DNA of 64,000 bases, from the NCBI GenBank assembly GCA_963812015.1, contig CAWETI010000003.1, forward strand, positions 1,056,001-1,120,000, given 5' to 3'. A program made the translations under genes and the position numbers. Numbering within the stretch: the stretch's first letter is position 1; every line of letters begins with the position of its first letter. Below the pieces are notes generated by a model. It was not told the origin of the DNA. It saw only the letters and a program-made list of their open reading frames with translations, and searched no databases. Shown piece by piece: positions 31,287 through 40,655 of this stretch. Source of the stretch: an uncultured delta proteobacterium. Its GTDB lineage: Bacteria; Desulfobacterota; Desulfobaccia; Desulfobaccales; 0-14-0-80-60-11.

Positions 31287-33638
31287 CTATTCTTTCAAAT
31301 CCACCACCGTCACTCCGGGGTTGGCGTCGGCGTGGAGTTCCTTCACCAGACCGTGGTTCTTCAGGTGGTCCCAGACGGCCCGTTTCAACCGGCCGGTGCC
31401 CACCCCGTGGATGATGTCCACCTTCTCCTGGCCGTGGAGCACCGCCTGGTCGATGAGCCGGTCCACCAGGGGCAGGGCCTCGTCCACCCGGAGGCCCGCC
31501 AGGTTGAGGCTGGGGAGCCAGGCCGGGGGCCGGTGGTAGCCCGAGGCGGTGCCGCCTCGGATGGCCTTGGCCGCGGCGCCCCCGACGGGACTGACCTCTT
31601 CCGGGCTGACCCGGAGTTTGACATTTCTTGCCTGGACCTCCAGGCGGCCGTCCCGGGGGTCAATGGCCAAAATATTGCCGGTCAGGCCCAGGGCCGGCAG
31701 GAACACCTGCTGGCCGGTCCGGAACCGGGGCATTGCGACCGGGGCCGGGGCGGGTCCGGGGGACAGGTCCGCCAGCAAGCGGGCTTGGTGTTGGGAAAAC
31801 TCCTGGCGCAGCTTACCCCAGGGCTCACTGCCGGCTTTGAGCCTCCGGACAATAGCTTTGAATTCGGCCTCGGCTTCCTTGATGCGCTCCAGGGCCGCCT
31901 GCCTGGCTTCGTTGACCAGCCGGGCGCGCTCCGCCTCTAACTCGCTTTGTCGCGCTTCCAGCTCATGCTGATGCTGCGCCAGTTCCGCCTCCCGCGCCTG
32001 CAATTCCATCTCCTGGTGGGCCAGATGCTGCTGGGAGGCCTCCACCTGGGCCAGGAGGCGGTAGGCCCTGAGCTCGTCCTGGTTGAGATAGCCTTCGGCC
32101 ATCGTGAGGATCTCCGGGTCCAGACCCATCTCCCGGGCGAGCTTCAAGGCGTTGGAGGCCCCCACCACCCCGTAGGCCAGGCGATAGGTGGGCCGCCGGG
32201 TCGTCTCGTTGAACACCACCGCCACATTCTCAAATCCATCGGTTTTTTGGGCAAAACTCTTGAGGATGGGCAGGTGGGTGGTGGCGGCCCCATACGCCCC
32301 CCGCTGGTAGAAGGCCTGGAGCAGGGCCAGGGCCAGGGCGCCGCCCTCGGTGGGGTCGGTGGCCGTGCCCAGCTCATCCAGGAGGATGAGGGCTTTTTCC
32401 GGCAGATCGGCGAGCATGGTCAGGGCCCGCTTCAGGTGGGCCGAAAAGGTGCTGAGGCTCTGCCGCAGGTTCTGGGGGTCGCCGATATCGGCGAAGACCG
32501 CGGCGAAGGGGCAGAACTCGCTGCCTTCGTCCACGGGGATGGGGATGCCGCTCTGGACCATGAGGCTCAAAAGCCCCAGGGTCTTCAGGGCTACGGTCTT
32601 GCCCCCGGCGTTGGCCCCGGAGATGATGAGAAAGCGGCGTTCGGGGCTGAGCTCCAGATCAATGGGGACCACGTCCGGGGCCCCGGCATCGTCTCGCCGG
32701 TTTTTCACCAGGAGGGGATGGCGGGCCTGGCGGAAATCGACGCCGCCCTTGGTCCGCCAGATGGGTTCCCGGGCCCGGAACTCTTCGGCAAACCTGACCT
32801 TGGCCTGGATGGCGTCCAGTTCGGCCAGGGTCATTAGGGTCAGGCGAATTTCGTCCAGATGATTGCGCACCAGGTCGGTAAGCCTTCTCAGCACCGCCTC
32901 TTCCTCCCGCTTTTCCCGGTTGTGGAGGAGGTTGAGGGTGTTGTTGTGCTCCACGATGGCCAAAGGTTCCAGGTAGAGGGTGGCCTTGGTCTGGGACTGG
33001 TCGTGGATGATGCCGGGAATAACGCCCTTGTGGTCGGCCTTGATGGGAATGACGTAGCGGCCGTGGCGCTGGGAAATGAGGGGACTCTGGAGGACGTCCT
33101 GGTAGGCCGGTTGGAAAAAGGCCTGCTTGATCTGGCGGTTGACCTGTTCCCGGGTGTCGGTCAGCTCCCGGCGCACCTGGGCCAGGCCGGGACTGGCCTG
33201 ATCCAGGATAAAGTTGTGGGGGCTGATGCACTGGGAAATGGTTTCCGCCAGCGGGTTCAGGTCCTTGAGATCGACGGCCAGGGCGGCCAGCCGCGGGGTC
33301 AGATCGCCCCCTAAGCCGACGTAGTGTCTGAGGTGCCGGGCCAGGCGCAGCACCTGCAAGACGTCGTTAAAGGCTTCGGGAAGCAGTAAGCTGCCCCGGA
33401 CGGTGGCCTTGCTCAGCCAGGTAGTCAGCTGGGGAAAATCGGTGAAGGGCAGGGGGCCCTCCCGGTACTGGAGTTCCCGGAGTTCCTGGATTTGCCTGAA
33501 TGGCGCCTGGATTTGGTGGAGATCGGCGAGGGGAGCCAGCGCACCCAGAAAATCCCGCCCCGAGTCAGAGAGGGCGTAAGTCTGAACCACCAGGAGAAGC
33601 TCAGGAAACTCCAGGGCGGTCAAAGTTGGCTCTGGCAT
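31287..33638 (-). CDS. mutS2: Endonuclease MutS2
   Basis: GANAGGKT, DIGD.Q...SLSTFSAH, LDELG.ATDP.EG, C-terminal Smr domain IIHGVGTG. Confidence 0.95.
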   Translation of the reverse strand: MPEPTLTALEFPELLLVVQTYALSDSGRDFLGALAPLADLHQIQAPFRQIQELRELQYREGPLPFTDFPQLTTWLSKATVRGSLLLPEAFNDVLQVLRLARHLRHYVGLGGDLTPRLAALAVDLKDLNPLAETISQCISPHNFILDQASPGLAQVRRELTDTREQVNRQIKQAFFQPAYQDVLQSPLISQRHGRYVIPIKADHKGVIPGIIHDQSQTKATLYLEPLAIVEHNNTLNLLHNREKREEEAVLRRLTDLVRNHLDEIRLTLMTLAELDAIQAKVRFAEEFRAREPIWRTKGGVDFRQARHPLLVKNRRDDAGAPDVVPIDLELSPERRFLIISGANAGGKTVALKTLGLLSLMVQSGIPIPVDEGSEFCPFAAVFADIGDPQNLRQSLSTFSAHLKRALTMLADLPEKALILLDELGTATDPTEGGALALALLQAFYQRGAYGAATTHLPILKSFAQKTDGFENVAVVFNETTRRPTYRLAYGVVGASNALKLAREMGLDPEILTMAEGYLNQDELRAYRLLAQVEASQQHLAHQEMELQAREAELAQHQHELEARQSELEAERARLVNEARQAALERIKEAEAEFKAIVRRLKAGSEPWGKLRQEFSQHQARLLADLSPGPAPAPVAMPRFRTGQQVFLPALGLTGNILAIDPRDGRLEVQARNVKLRVSPEEVSPVGGAAAKAIRGGTASGYHRPPAWLPSLNLAGLRVDEALPLVDRLIDQAVLHGQEKVDIIHGVGTGRLKRAVWDHLKNHGLVKELHADANPGVTVVDLKE

Positions 33639-33671
33639 GGCACTCCAGGTTGTGGTTTGAGGGTGGAAGGT

Positions 33672-34118
33672 CTAAGAACTCAGACGCTGCCGCACGATCT
33701 CTTGGATCACCTTGCCATCAGCCCGGCCGGCGAGGCGGGCCATGACGTTTTTCATTACTTTTCCCAGGTCTTTGGGGCCGGTGGCCCCCAGTTCGGAAAT
33801 GACTCCGGATACTTCGGCTGCCAATTCTTCGGGGTTCAGTTGCGGTGGCAAAAAAGAGAGGAGGACACTAAGTTCCTCCTCTTCCTGTTTGGCAAGTTCG
33901 GGGCGGTTAGCCTTGGTGTACTCGGCTATGGCCTCCCGGCGCTGCTTGGCCTGGGTGTTAATGCAGGCTTGCAGCTCGTCTTCGGTGAGCTGGCGCCGCA
34001 CCTCCACCTCGCGGTAGCGGATAGCACTTTTCAACAGCCGCAAGGTGGAAGCCGCCACCGGTTGTTGGTTTTTGATGGCCTCTTTGAAGGCCTGATCCAG
34101 CCGCTGATAAAGGGTCAT
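33672..34118 (-). CDS. yqeY: GatB/YqeY domain protein
   Basis: KQRREAI, FLPPQL, DLGKVM, GRADGK; follows rpsU. Confidence 0.9.
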   Translation of the reverse strand: MTLYQRLDQAFKEAIKNQQPVAASTLRLLKSAIRYREVEVRRQLTEDELQACINTQAKQRREAIAEYTKANRPELAKQEEEELSVLLSFLPPQLNPEELAAEVSGVISELGATGPKDLGKVMKNVMARLAGRADGKVIQEIVRQRLSS

Positions 34119-34318
34119 TATGAGCCCTCAATTTTCCGCAGCTTCTTCAAAGCCCGCTTTTTGGCCGCCAAAATTTTCTTCTTTCGCTTAATGCTGGGCT
34201 TTTCGTAATGTTCCCGTTTGCGAATTTCAGAGAGAATCCCGGCCTTTTCGCACTGCTTTTTAAAGCGCTTTAAGGCGACCTCGAAAGGTTCGTTGGGTTT
34301 TACCCTGACGCCGGGCAT
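34118..34318 (-). CDS. rpsU: 30S ribosomal protein S21
   Basis: [28 protein letters not shown]. Confidence 0.97.
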   Translation of the reverse strand: MPGVRVKPNEPFEVALKRFKKQCEKAGILSEIRKREHYEKPSIKRKKKILAAKKRALKKLRKIEGS

Positions 34319-34585
34319 CCATTTCGCCTCCCCCCGTAGTCAGATGGCACCTATCGTCCCTGCCCCCCTGGTCCGTTTACTTGTCAGGCCAAAAGGTGGG
34401 CAGGCCAATATGGTGATCGTTCTTGAAACGTTTATTGTTTATCATCTATTTCAAAACTGTCAAGAGGATTTCGCGAAGAAAGTTATGTTTACAGGAATCT
34501 CCCGCCTTCGAGAGAATTTTTTTGCCGCAGGACCCCTCCTTAGCGTATCATAGGGGCGCGAGAGAATGCACCTTGAGGGAGGGGT

Positions 34586-35524
34586 ATGTGGCGCACAAAA
34601 ATTAGCTGCCTGGGCTTATTGGCGGTCTGGCTGATGTTAGCGGCGGGCTGCGTTACCGTCAAGGTGAGCCTGTTTGAAGAGCCGGCCCCTTTGAAGGAGA
34701 AAACCATCTCGGGCTATGGCCGGGATAAGATCCTGCTCATGGAGGTCTCCGGGGTCATCCTGGAAGGGCCGCACCGCCTCCTGGGGCTGATGCAGGGGGC
34801 GACTTCCCCCAGCCGGATCAAGGAAGAACTGGAAAAGGCAGCCAAAGATGACCACATCAAGGCGGTGGTCTTGAAGATCAATTCCCCGGGGGGCACGGTG
34901 AGCGCCGCGGATGTCATTCTCCACGAACTCAAGGCCTTCAAGGCGAGCAAAGGCGTGCCGGTGGTGGTCTGCTTCCAGGGCCTGGCCGCCTCCGGGGGTT
35001 ACTACCTGGGCCAGGCGGGGGATACGATCATTGCCTACCCCACCTGCATCACCGGTTCCATCGGGGTCATCGCCATGAAGTTCAATTTCCGGGGTTTGAT
35101 GGACAAGGTGGGAGTTGATGATGACGTCGTCAAGAGCGGCAAATGGAAAGATTTCTGGTCCCCCTTCCGGCCCGCCACCCCCCAAGAAAAGGAGATGATG
35201 CAGCAGGTCATCGACGACTTCTACCGGAGGTTTGTGGACGTGGTGGCCCAGGGGCGGCATTTGAGCCTGAAAAAGACCCGGGAGGTAGCCGACGGCCGGA
35301 TCTTTACCGCTTCCCAGGCCCTGGACCTGGGTCTGGTGGATCAGTTGGGGTATCTGGACGATGCCCTGGAGTTGGCCAGGGTCAAGGCGGGCCTGGAAGA
35401 AGGCGCCAGGGTCATCACCTATCACCGCCCCGGCAGCTATAAGCCGACGATTTACTCGATGATGCCTGATCTGGACATGGTGGGGCCCCAGTTCTTATAT
35501 CTGTGGTGGGGGGGAGGCGCCTGA
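34586..35524 (+). CDS. sppA: Signal peptide peptidase SppA (36K type), lipoprotein
   Basis: AAGC lipobox, INSPGG, AASGGYY, TGSIGV, DGRIFT. Confidence 0.9.
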   Translation: MWRTKISCLGLLAVWLMLAAGCVTVKVSLFEEPAPLKEKTISGYGRDKILLMEVSGVILEGPHRLLGLMQGATSPSRIKEELEKAAKDDHIKAVVLKINSPGGTVSAADVILHELKAFKASKGVPVVVCFQGLAASGGYYLGQAGDTIIAYPTCITGSIGVIAMKFNFRGLMDKVGVDDDVVKSGKWKDFWSPFRPATPQEKEMMQQVIDDFYRRFVDVVAQGRHLSLKKTREVADGRIFTASQALDLGLVDQLGYLDDALELARVKAGLEEGARVITYHRPGSYKPTIYSMMPDLDMVGPQFLYLWWGGGA

Positions 35525-35556
35525 GGTTAGAGGCGCGGGCGCACCCCGACTTTTTT

Positions 35557-35583
35557 TCGAGGTCTACGTCCCGGGACCGATAA
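35557..35583 (+). promoter_or_regulatory. Putative sigma28 (FliA) promoter upstream of the flgM-like gene
   Basis: TCGAG-N14-ACCGATAA versus consensus TCAAG/TAAAG-N14-GCCGATAA. Confidence 0.45.
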
Positions 35584-35833
35584 GGAAAACAAGTACAGGT
35601 GAGCTTCCCGGGTAGGAGGCGAAGGTTACCGGCAGGCAACCTTTCAGACCCGGCGGCGCTTTACTTCGGCACATAACAATATTATATTATTTTATAATAT
35701 TCTGATAGGCTGATTGAGCCGGGTAAAAAGCAGGCGCACGATCTTTACTATGGCTTTCGACTTTCCAGCACCTGGCGCAGCAGGTCTGAAGAGGCAATGG
35801 ACGGACCAGCCGGCAGGTTGCAGGTAAATCAAG

Positions 35834-36133
35834 ATGAGCAAACCTCGGAATAAGGTTCCCGGCACCGGGTCGCGGCCGCCCGGCAAGAATGGCAAGGGCC
35901 TCGCTGACCCAGCGTCGTTGCAGGCCCGTCCGGCCCCGGCAGCCGACCCCAGCAGGAATGACCCAGTGATTGAGAAGGTTCGCCAGATTATCGCGGAGAC
36001 CCCGGAGATTCGACCGGAGAGAGTCGGTCCGCTGCAAGAGGCCGTGGAGCAGGGCGCCTACGAGATCGATGCCCGGAAGGTGGCCAATAGCCTCATTACC
36101 AAACTGATCCAGGACCCTGATACCCCGGTCTAA
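35834..36133 (+). CDS. flgM: Anti-sigma28 factor FlgM-like
   Basis: C-terminal PEIRPERV..LQEAVEQGAYEIDARKVANSLI; low-complexity N-terminus. Confidence 0.75.
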   Translation: MSKPRNKVPGTGSRPPGKNGKGLADPASLQARPAPAADPSRNDPVIEKVRQIIAETPEIRPERVGPLQEAVEQGAYEIDARKVANSLITKLIQDPDTPV

Positions 36134-36211
36134 ACCCACGAGTCCGCCTGTCTGCAAGCTCGCCCCTCTGGGTAATGCCCTCCGACCCTCAATCCCCGGC
36201 AATCCGCCAGC

Positions 36212-37348
36212 TTAGGTCTCGATCACGCCCCGGGGCAGGGTGCGCAGGCCCTGGAGCAGCATTGAGGCGGCCACCTCCACGTCGGCCCGGGTGGTGGGCC
36301 AGCCGACGCTGAAGCGCACCGCCCCCCGGGCCAGGCTCACGGGCACCCCCATGGCCGCCAGCACCGGGGAGATGGCCTCCCGACCGGCGTGGCAGGCCGA
36401 GCCCAGGGAGGCCGCCAACTCCGGCAGCCCCGCCATCAGCTCGCCCCCCGAGCGCCCCGGAAAAGAGACGTTCAGGGTGTTGGGGAGGCGTTCCAGCTCC
36501 GGGCCGTTGAGCACCAGGCCGGGGACCCCGGCGCCGAGAAGCTCATGGAGACGATCCCGGAGGCTTTGCAGGTGCGCGGTTACACCGGGGAGGCGCTCCC
36601 GGGCCAGGCGGCAGGCTTTTCCTAAGGCCACCATATAGGGGACGTTTTCGGTGCCGGCCCGGCGGCCCCCTTCCTGGGAAGCCCCGTGGAGCAGGGAGGT
36701 AAGGGCGGCTCCGGCCCGCACGTACAAGGCCCCGACGCCTTTGGGGGCGTAAAACTTGTGTCCCGCCACCGTCAGAAAATCCACCCCCAGATCGTCCACG
36801 TCCACGGGGATCTTACCTACGCTTTGGGCCGCATCGGTGTGAAATTTTACCCCCGCTTCCCGGGCCAAGTCGGCGATCTCTTTGAGGGGCTGGAGGGCGC
36901 CGGTCTCGTTGTTGGCATGCATGACGCTGATCAGGATGGTGTCCGGGGCCAGGGCCCGGCGCACCGCATCGGGGTCCAGCCGGCCGGTGGCATCCACCGG
37001 CAGAATGGTCAGCCGAAACCCCTGGGACTGCAAATAACGGCAGGGGGCCAGGACCGCCGGGTGCTCCGTGGCCGCGGTGATGATCTGCCCCCGGCCGTGA
37101 TGCGCGGCCACGCCCTTGAGGACGGTATTGTTGGCTTCGGTGGCGCCGCTGGTGAAAACAATTTCCTGGGGGCCGCAGCCCAGCAGGGCCGCGACTTCCC
37201 CCCGGGCCTGCTGCACGGCGTCCCGGGCCGCAAGACCCAGGGGATAATCGCAGCTGGGATTGCCGAATTCCCCTTCAAGATAAGGCTGCATGGCCCGGTA
37301 GACTTCCGGGGCCACGGGAGTGGTGGCATTGTAATCCAGATAGATCAT
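36212..37348 (-). CDS. Cysteine desulfurase (IscS/NifS family)
   Basis: YLDYNATTP, FTSGATE, HANNETG, GHKFYAPKG, GSACH. Confidence 0.9.
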   Translation of the reverse strand: MIYLDYNATTPVAPEVYRAMQPYLEGEFGNPSCDYPLGLAARDAVQQARGEVAALLGCGPQEIVFTSGATEANNTVLKGVAAHHGRGQIITAATEHPAVLAPCRYLQSQGFRLTILPVDATGRLDPDAVRRALAPDTILISVMHANNETGALQPLKEIADLAREAGVKFHTDAAQSVGKIPVDVDDLGVDFLTVAGHKFYAPKGVGALYVRAGAALTSLLHGASQEGGRRAGTENVPYMVALGKACRLARERLPGVTAHLQSLRDRLHELLGAGVPGLVLNGPELERLPNTLNVSFPGRSGGELMAGLPELAASLGSACHAGREAISPVLAAMGVPVSLARGAVRFSVGWPTTRADVEVAASMLLQGLRTLPRGVIET

Positions 37349-37536
37349 GGCCGGTTCCTCCTGGCAGTGGTAGGCCTGACCCTGGACTTTTCCCGGCTGG
37401 GCCCGATTGACACCTGAATTCGACCTCTGATATTGTAACCCGAAAGGTGGAATTTGGGTCGAAAGAGTTGCCGTGCAGGAGCGAGCCTCACAGGCTCGAA
37501 ACCCTGACCCGCTCCCGATGCCCGCAAATTGATCCC

Positions 37537-38166
37537 ATGAGCCGCTCTCTATCCCCAACCTCTTACCGCCTGGGCCGCTGGCTTTGCCGGCAGACCGTGG
37601 GACGCTATTGCTCACTGGAAGTTCAGGGCCTGGAGCACCTGCCGGCCCGGGGTCCCGCCATCATCTGCCCCAAGCACCAGCGCTGGGAAGACATCCCCCT
37701 CATCGGTATGGCCCTGCCGCCGCTGCTCCATTATATCGCCAAGGTGGAGCTGTTCCAGCAGCCGGTGGTGCGAGAGGTGCTGGGAGCCTGGGGCGGGGTG
37801 CCGGTAGACCGGAGAAACCCCCGGGCCACCCTGTCGTCCTTCAAGCGCCTGCTGCCCCTTTTGAGAAAGGGGGCGTTCCTCGTGCTGTTCCCCGAGGGCA
37901 CTTACGTCCCGGGCCGGGTCGGCCCCGGCAAACATCGCCTGATTCAACTGCTCCTCAAGTTGCAAGGGCAAGAGGGCTTGGGGTTCCTGCCGTTTGTGCC
38001 TGTGGGGGTGGCCTATGAGCCCCGGGCCTGGGGCTGGACGGTGCACGTCAAGCTGGGCCCGCCGCTCCTGGCCCCCGGCCCCCGCCAGGCTCCAGCCCTG
38101 ACCGACGCCCTCATGGCCCGCATCGCCCGGCTGTCGGGATTTCCAGAGACCTCCAAGGCCGGGTAA
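37537..38166 (+). CDS. Lysophospholipid acyltransferase (PlsC family)
   Basis: KHQRWED (HxxxxD), AKVELF, FPEGT. Confidence 0.85.
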   Translation: MSRSLSPTSYRLGRWLCRQTVGRYCSLEVQGLEHLPARGPAIICPKHQRWEDIPLIGMALPPLLHYIAKVELFQQPVVREVLGAWGGVPVDRRNPRATLSSFKRLLPLLRKGAFLVLFPEGTYVPGRVGPGKHRLIQLLLKLQGQEGLGFLPFVPVGVAYEPRAWGWTVHVKLGPPLLAPGPRQAPALTDALMARIARLSGFPETSKAG

Positions 38167-38440
38167 TCCTGAGTCGCCATCGCAGCGGTATTGGTTGCAG
38201 GCGCCTGCTTTGGTCTGCACAGATGGGCGCGCCCCACGCGCCACTTTCTGGTGCGTAAAACGCATCCTGCATTTCCTCAATCCAGGTAATTATTTTTTCG
38301 TAAAAAGAGGGCTCGGAGGGGTGATTTCTCTAAAAAGAGTATTAATTTCAAAAAAAAGTGAATAGTTAACCGCCGCTGGCGGGTTAAGTGGCCTTGGCGG
38401 CAAGCTGATAGCTGGCGGCTGCGATCTCAGAGGTGAGCCC

Positions 38441-38551
38441 ATGAGAACAGGGTGGCAATTTCTGTCATGGCGATGGTGGGTCGTTCATTTCCTGGGGTTC
38501 GCCCTGATCTACACCGCAGGGCGCTTGACCGCCACGTTATTGAAAAGGTAA
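38441..38551 (+). CDS. 36-aa single-TM peptide with a PsbE (cytochrome b559 alpha)-like His helix
   Basis: GAGGTG SD; MRTGWQFLSWRWWVVHFLGFALIYTAGRLTATLLKR; not in the ORF track. Confidence 0.7.
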   Translation: MRTGWQFLSWRWWVVHFLGFALIYTAGRLTATLLKR

Positions 38552-38554
38552 ACG

Positions 38555-38662
38555 ATGAACCGGTGGCTCCCCCACGTGATGTTTCCCCGGCCCGGCTGGT
38601 TTATCCTCCACGCCACCGTCATCGCCCTGATATTTTCCCTGGGCTATAGCGTGAAGTTTTAG
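38555..38662 (+). CDS. 35-aa single-TM peptide with a PsbF (cytochrome b559 beta)-like His helix
   Basis: Starts 3 nt after the previous stop, AAGGT SD; MNRWLPHVMFPRPGWFILHATVIALIFSLGYSVKF. Confidence 0.7.
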   Translation: MNRWLPHVMFPRPGWFILHATVIALIFSLGYSVKF

Positions 38663-38663
38663 G

Positions 38664-39068
38664 ATGGCCCCCATGTCAAGCCAACGCTGGCAACTCTGGG
38701 CGGCCCTGGTGGCTCTGGCCGTGGGCGCCACTATGCTGCATTATCGGATTCACACTCCGGGGGAGGACCCCACCGACCTGTGGCCCAATCTCTTTTCCCT
38801 GATCGACCTGGTCCTGGTGAGCGCCCTGTTCCTGTTCCGGCCCACGGCGCTGTTGGGGCTCTTGCTTAATAGCTTTCTGGCCTTCCTGGGGATCATCATG
38901 ATGGCGGATTTCTCCCTTGCCGCCACCCTGGCGGGCCAGGTGAAGGTCATGCCGGGCCAGAACTTCATCGGCTGGCTGCTGGCCACCACCTTCCCGGATA
39001 TCATGATCGCCCTGGCCGACTTCCTGACGGGCCTGGCCCTCTACCGGGCCATATTGGCAGAGAAGTAG
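38664..39068 (+). CDS. Hypothetical ~4-TM membrane protein with HYRIH motif
   Basis: Starts 1 nt after the previous stop; hydrophobic segments. Confidence 0.75.
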   Translation: MAPMSSQRWQLWAALVALAVGATMLHYRIHTPGEDPTDLWPNLFSLIDLVLVSALFLFRPTALLGLLLNSFLAFLGIIMMADFSLAATLAGQVKVMPGQNFIGWLLATTFPDIMIALADFLTGLALYRAILAEK

Positions 39069-39075
39069 ATTTTTT

Positions 39076-39204
39076 GGGGGAGGGGGCTAAGGGCGAGAGC
39101 CCTTACCCCCTCCCCCAAGCCCTCTCCCCCAATCCCTTACAGGGGGTTGGGAGGGGAGTTTGAGGGGAGGGCGGGGGACTTTTCGTCCCCCGGGCCTCCC
39201 CTCA
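39076..39204. repeat. Family A palindromic element
   Basis: Matches 16699-16836; lies between convergent genes. Confidence 0.8.
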
Positions 39205-39206
39205 TC

Positions 39207-40562
39207 TTATTTTAACCTGCCTCCCGCCAACAGGGCGTACTTCAGGGCCAGGGCTTTTTCGGCCACGGACATGGGGGTAGGTCCCAGGATGCGAATCATG
39301 GGTTCCTTGCCAAACTCTCCCCGGTCGTAGATCAGGTCCGGGGGCGGATCTCCGGGTTTGAGGACCGAGGCCACGCCCCAGGCCAGGGTGCTCCCTTCCC
39401 GGGCCTTGATCCCCGGGGGTTCGGCGCTCCGGTCGAAGCCGGCCACCCGCAGGTGGAGGAGGGGGGCCAGGGCATCCACGCCCTGGAAAAATTTCACGTT
39501 CATGGCGCTCCTCAGCTCAGGATGGGTGGCCATGGCGGTGAGGATGATGGCGGCGATGTGGCGGGATGCGCCGAAGGCCGGCGCTTCGGAAATCAGCAGG
39601 CCCTGGGGGCTGCGCCGGATGCGCCCGGGGAAGGCGGCCACGTCCTGGGGTCCTTCCGGATACGGGGTGGCATAACCAAAATTGGTCATGACTTCCGGGA
39701 TGAGGGGTTCGATGCCCTCTTTCTTGAGGCGGGCCGCGGCGGTTTGCAGTGCGGCCAGGACTTCCGGGCGGGCCAGGTCCCGGGCGAACGGGGCGTAGGG
39801 GTTCACGGGGCCGGCGCCCCGCCCCAGGGGCAGACCGTACTTGAGGGCCTGGGCCGTGAGGCTCCGGGCCCGGTTCACCGCCTCCGGCAAGGACAACCCC
39901 TGGGCCAGGCCGGCGGCGGCGGCCGAGGCCAGGAGGCAGCCCCCGCCGTGGTGATTGGGGGCGTCCAGACGCACGCCGGGCAGGTGGTAGGCGTTCTGGC
40001 CGTCGGTGAGCACGTCCACAGGCTCCCCCGGCAGGTGGCCGCCTTTGGCCAGGACCCAGCGGGGACCCAGGGCTTGGAGGCGGCGGGCCGCCTCTTCCAG
40101 GTCTTCAGGGGTTTGAACTTCCAAGCCGGTGAGCCGAGCGGCCTCCGGGGCGTTGGGGGTGAGGAGGTGGGCCAGGAGGAACAGCTCTTCCTTGAGGGCC
40201 TTGATGCCGTCTGTCGTGAGCAGCGGGAAGCCGCCACCCGCGGCCAGCACCGGGTCGAGCACCAGGGGCACGCCATCCAGGTCCTTTAACCGGTCGGCCA
40301 CGGTGCGGACAATCGACGGCGTGGCCAGCATCCCCACCTTGACCGCATCCACGGGAAAATCGCTCAGCACCGCGTCCAGTTGCGCGGCTACCACCTCCGG
40401 GGCCACCGGGTGGACGGCCAGGACTCCCTGGCTGTTCTGGATGGTGAGGGCCGTGACCACCGTGAGGCCGTAGGTCCCCAACAGGGTGGCCACTTTCAGA
40501 TCCTGTTGCAAGCCCGCGCCGGCGCCCGGGTCGGAGCCGGCAATAATCAGCAGGGTTTTCAT
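39207..40562 (-). CDS. thiD: Bifunctional HMP/HMP-P kinase with C-terminal ThiN (thiamine-phosphate synthase) domain
   Basis: IAGSDPGAGAG, VKVGML, KGGH; C-terminal LIPEVMTN, AAFPGRI, FGASRH, GKEPMIRI. Confidence 0.9.
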   Translation of the reverse strand: MKTLLIIAGSDPGAGAGLQQDLKVATLLGTYGLTVVTALTIQNSQGVLAVHPVAPEVVAAQLDAVLSDFPVDAVKVGMLATPSIVRTVADRLKDLDGVPLVLDPVLAAGGGFPLLTTDGIKALKEELFLLAHLLTPNAPEAARLTGLEVQTPEDLEEAARRLQALGPRWVLAKGGHLPGEPVDVLTDGQNAYHLPGVRLDAPNHHGGGCLLASAAAAGLAQGLSLPEAVNRARSLTAQALKYGLPLGRGAGPVNPYAPFARDLARPEVLAALQTAAARLKKEGIEPLIPEVMTNFGYATPYPEGPQDVAAFPGRIRRSPQGLLISEAPAFGASRHIAAIILTAMATHPELRSAMNVKFFQGVDALAPLLHLRVAGFDRSAEPPGIKAREGSTLAWGVASVLKPGDPPPDLIYDRGEFGKEPMIRILGPTPMSVAEKALALKYALLAGGRLK

Positions 40563-40655
40563 GAGTTATGCCATTTGTCCTTGCACATCCAACCAACCAG
40601 TAACGTATTGATAGTTTAATTTATTTTAACCGAAAACCGAAGACTGAAAACCTTC

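Noticed and set aside
35523..35670. Independent structured sRNA (6S-like or ribozyme)
   Set aside because: G-U pairs point to conflicting strands and no family motif is recognisable; a terminator plus promoter explains the region.
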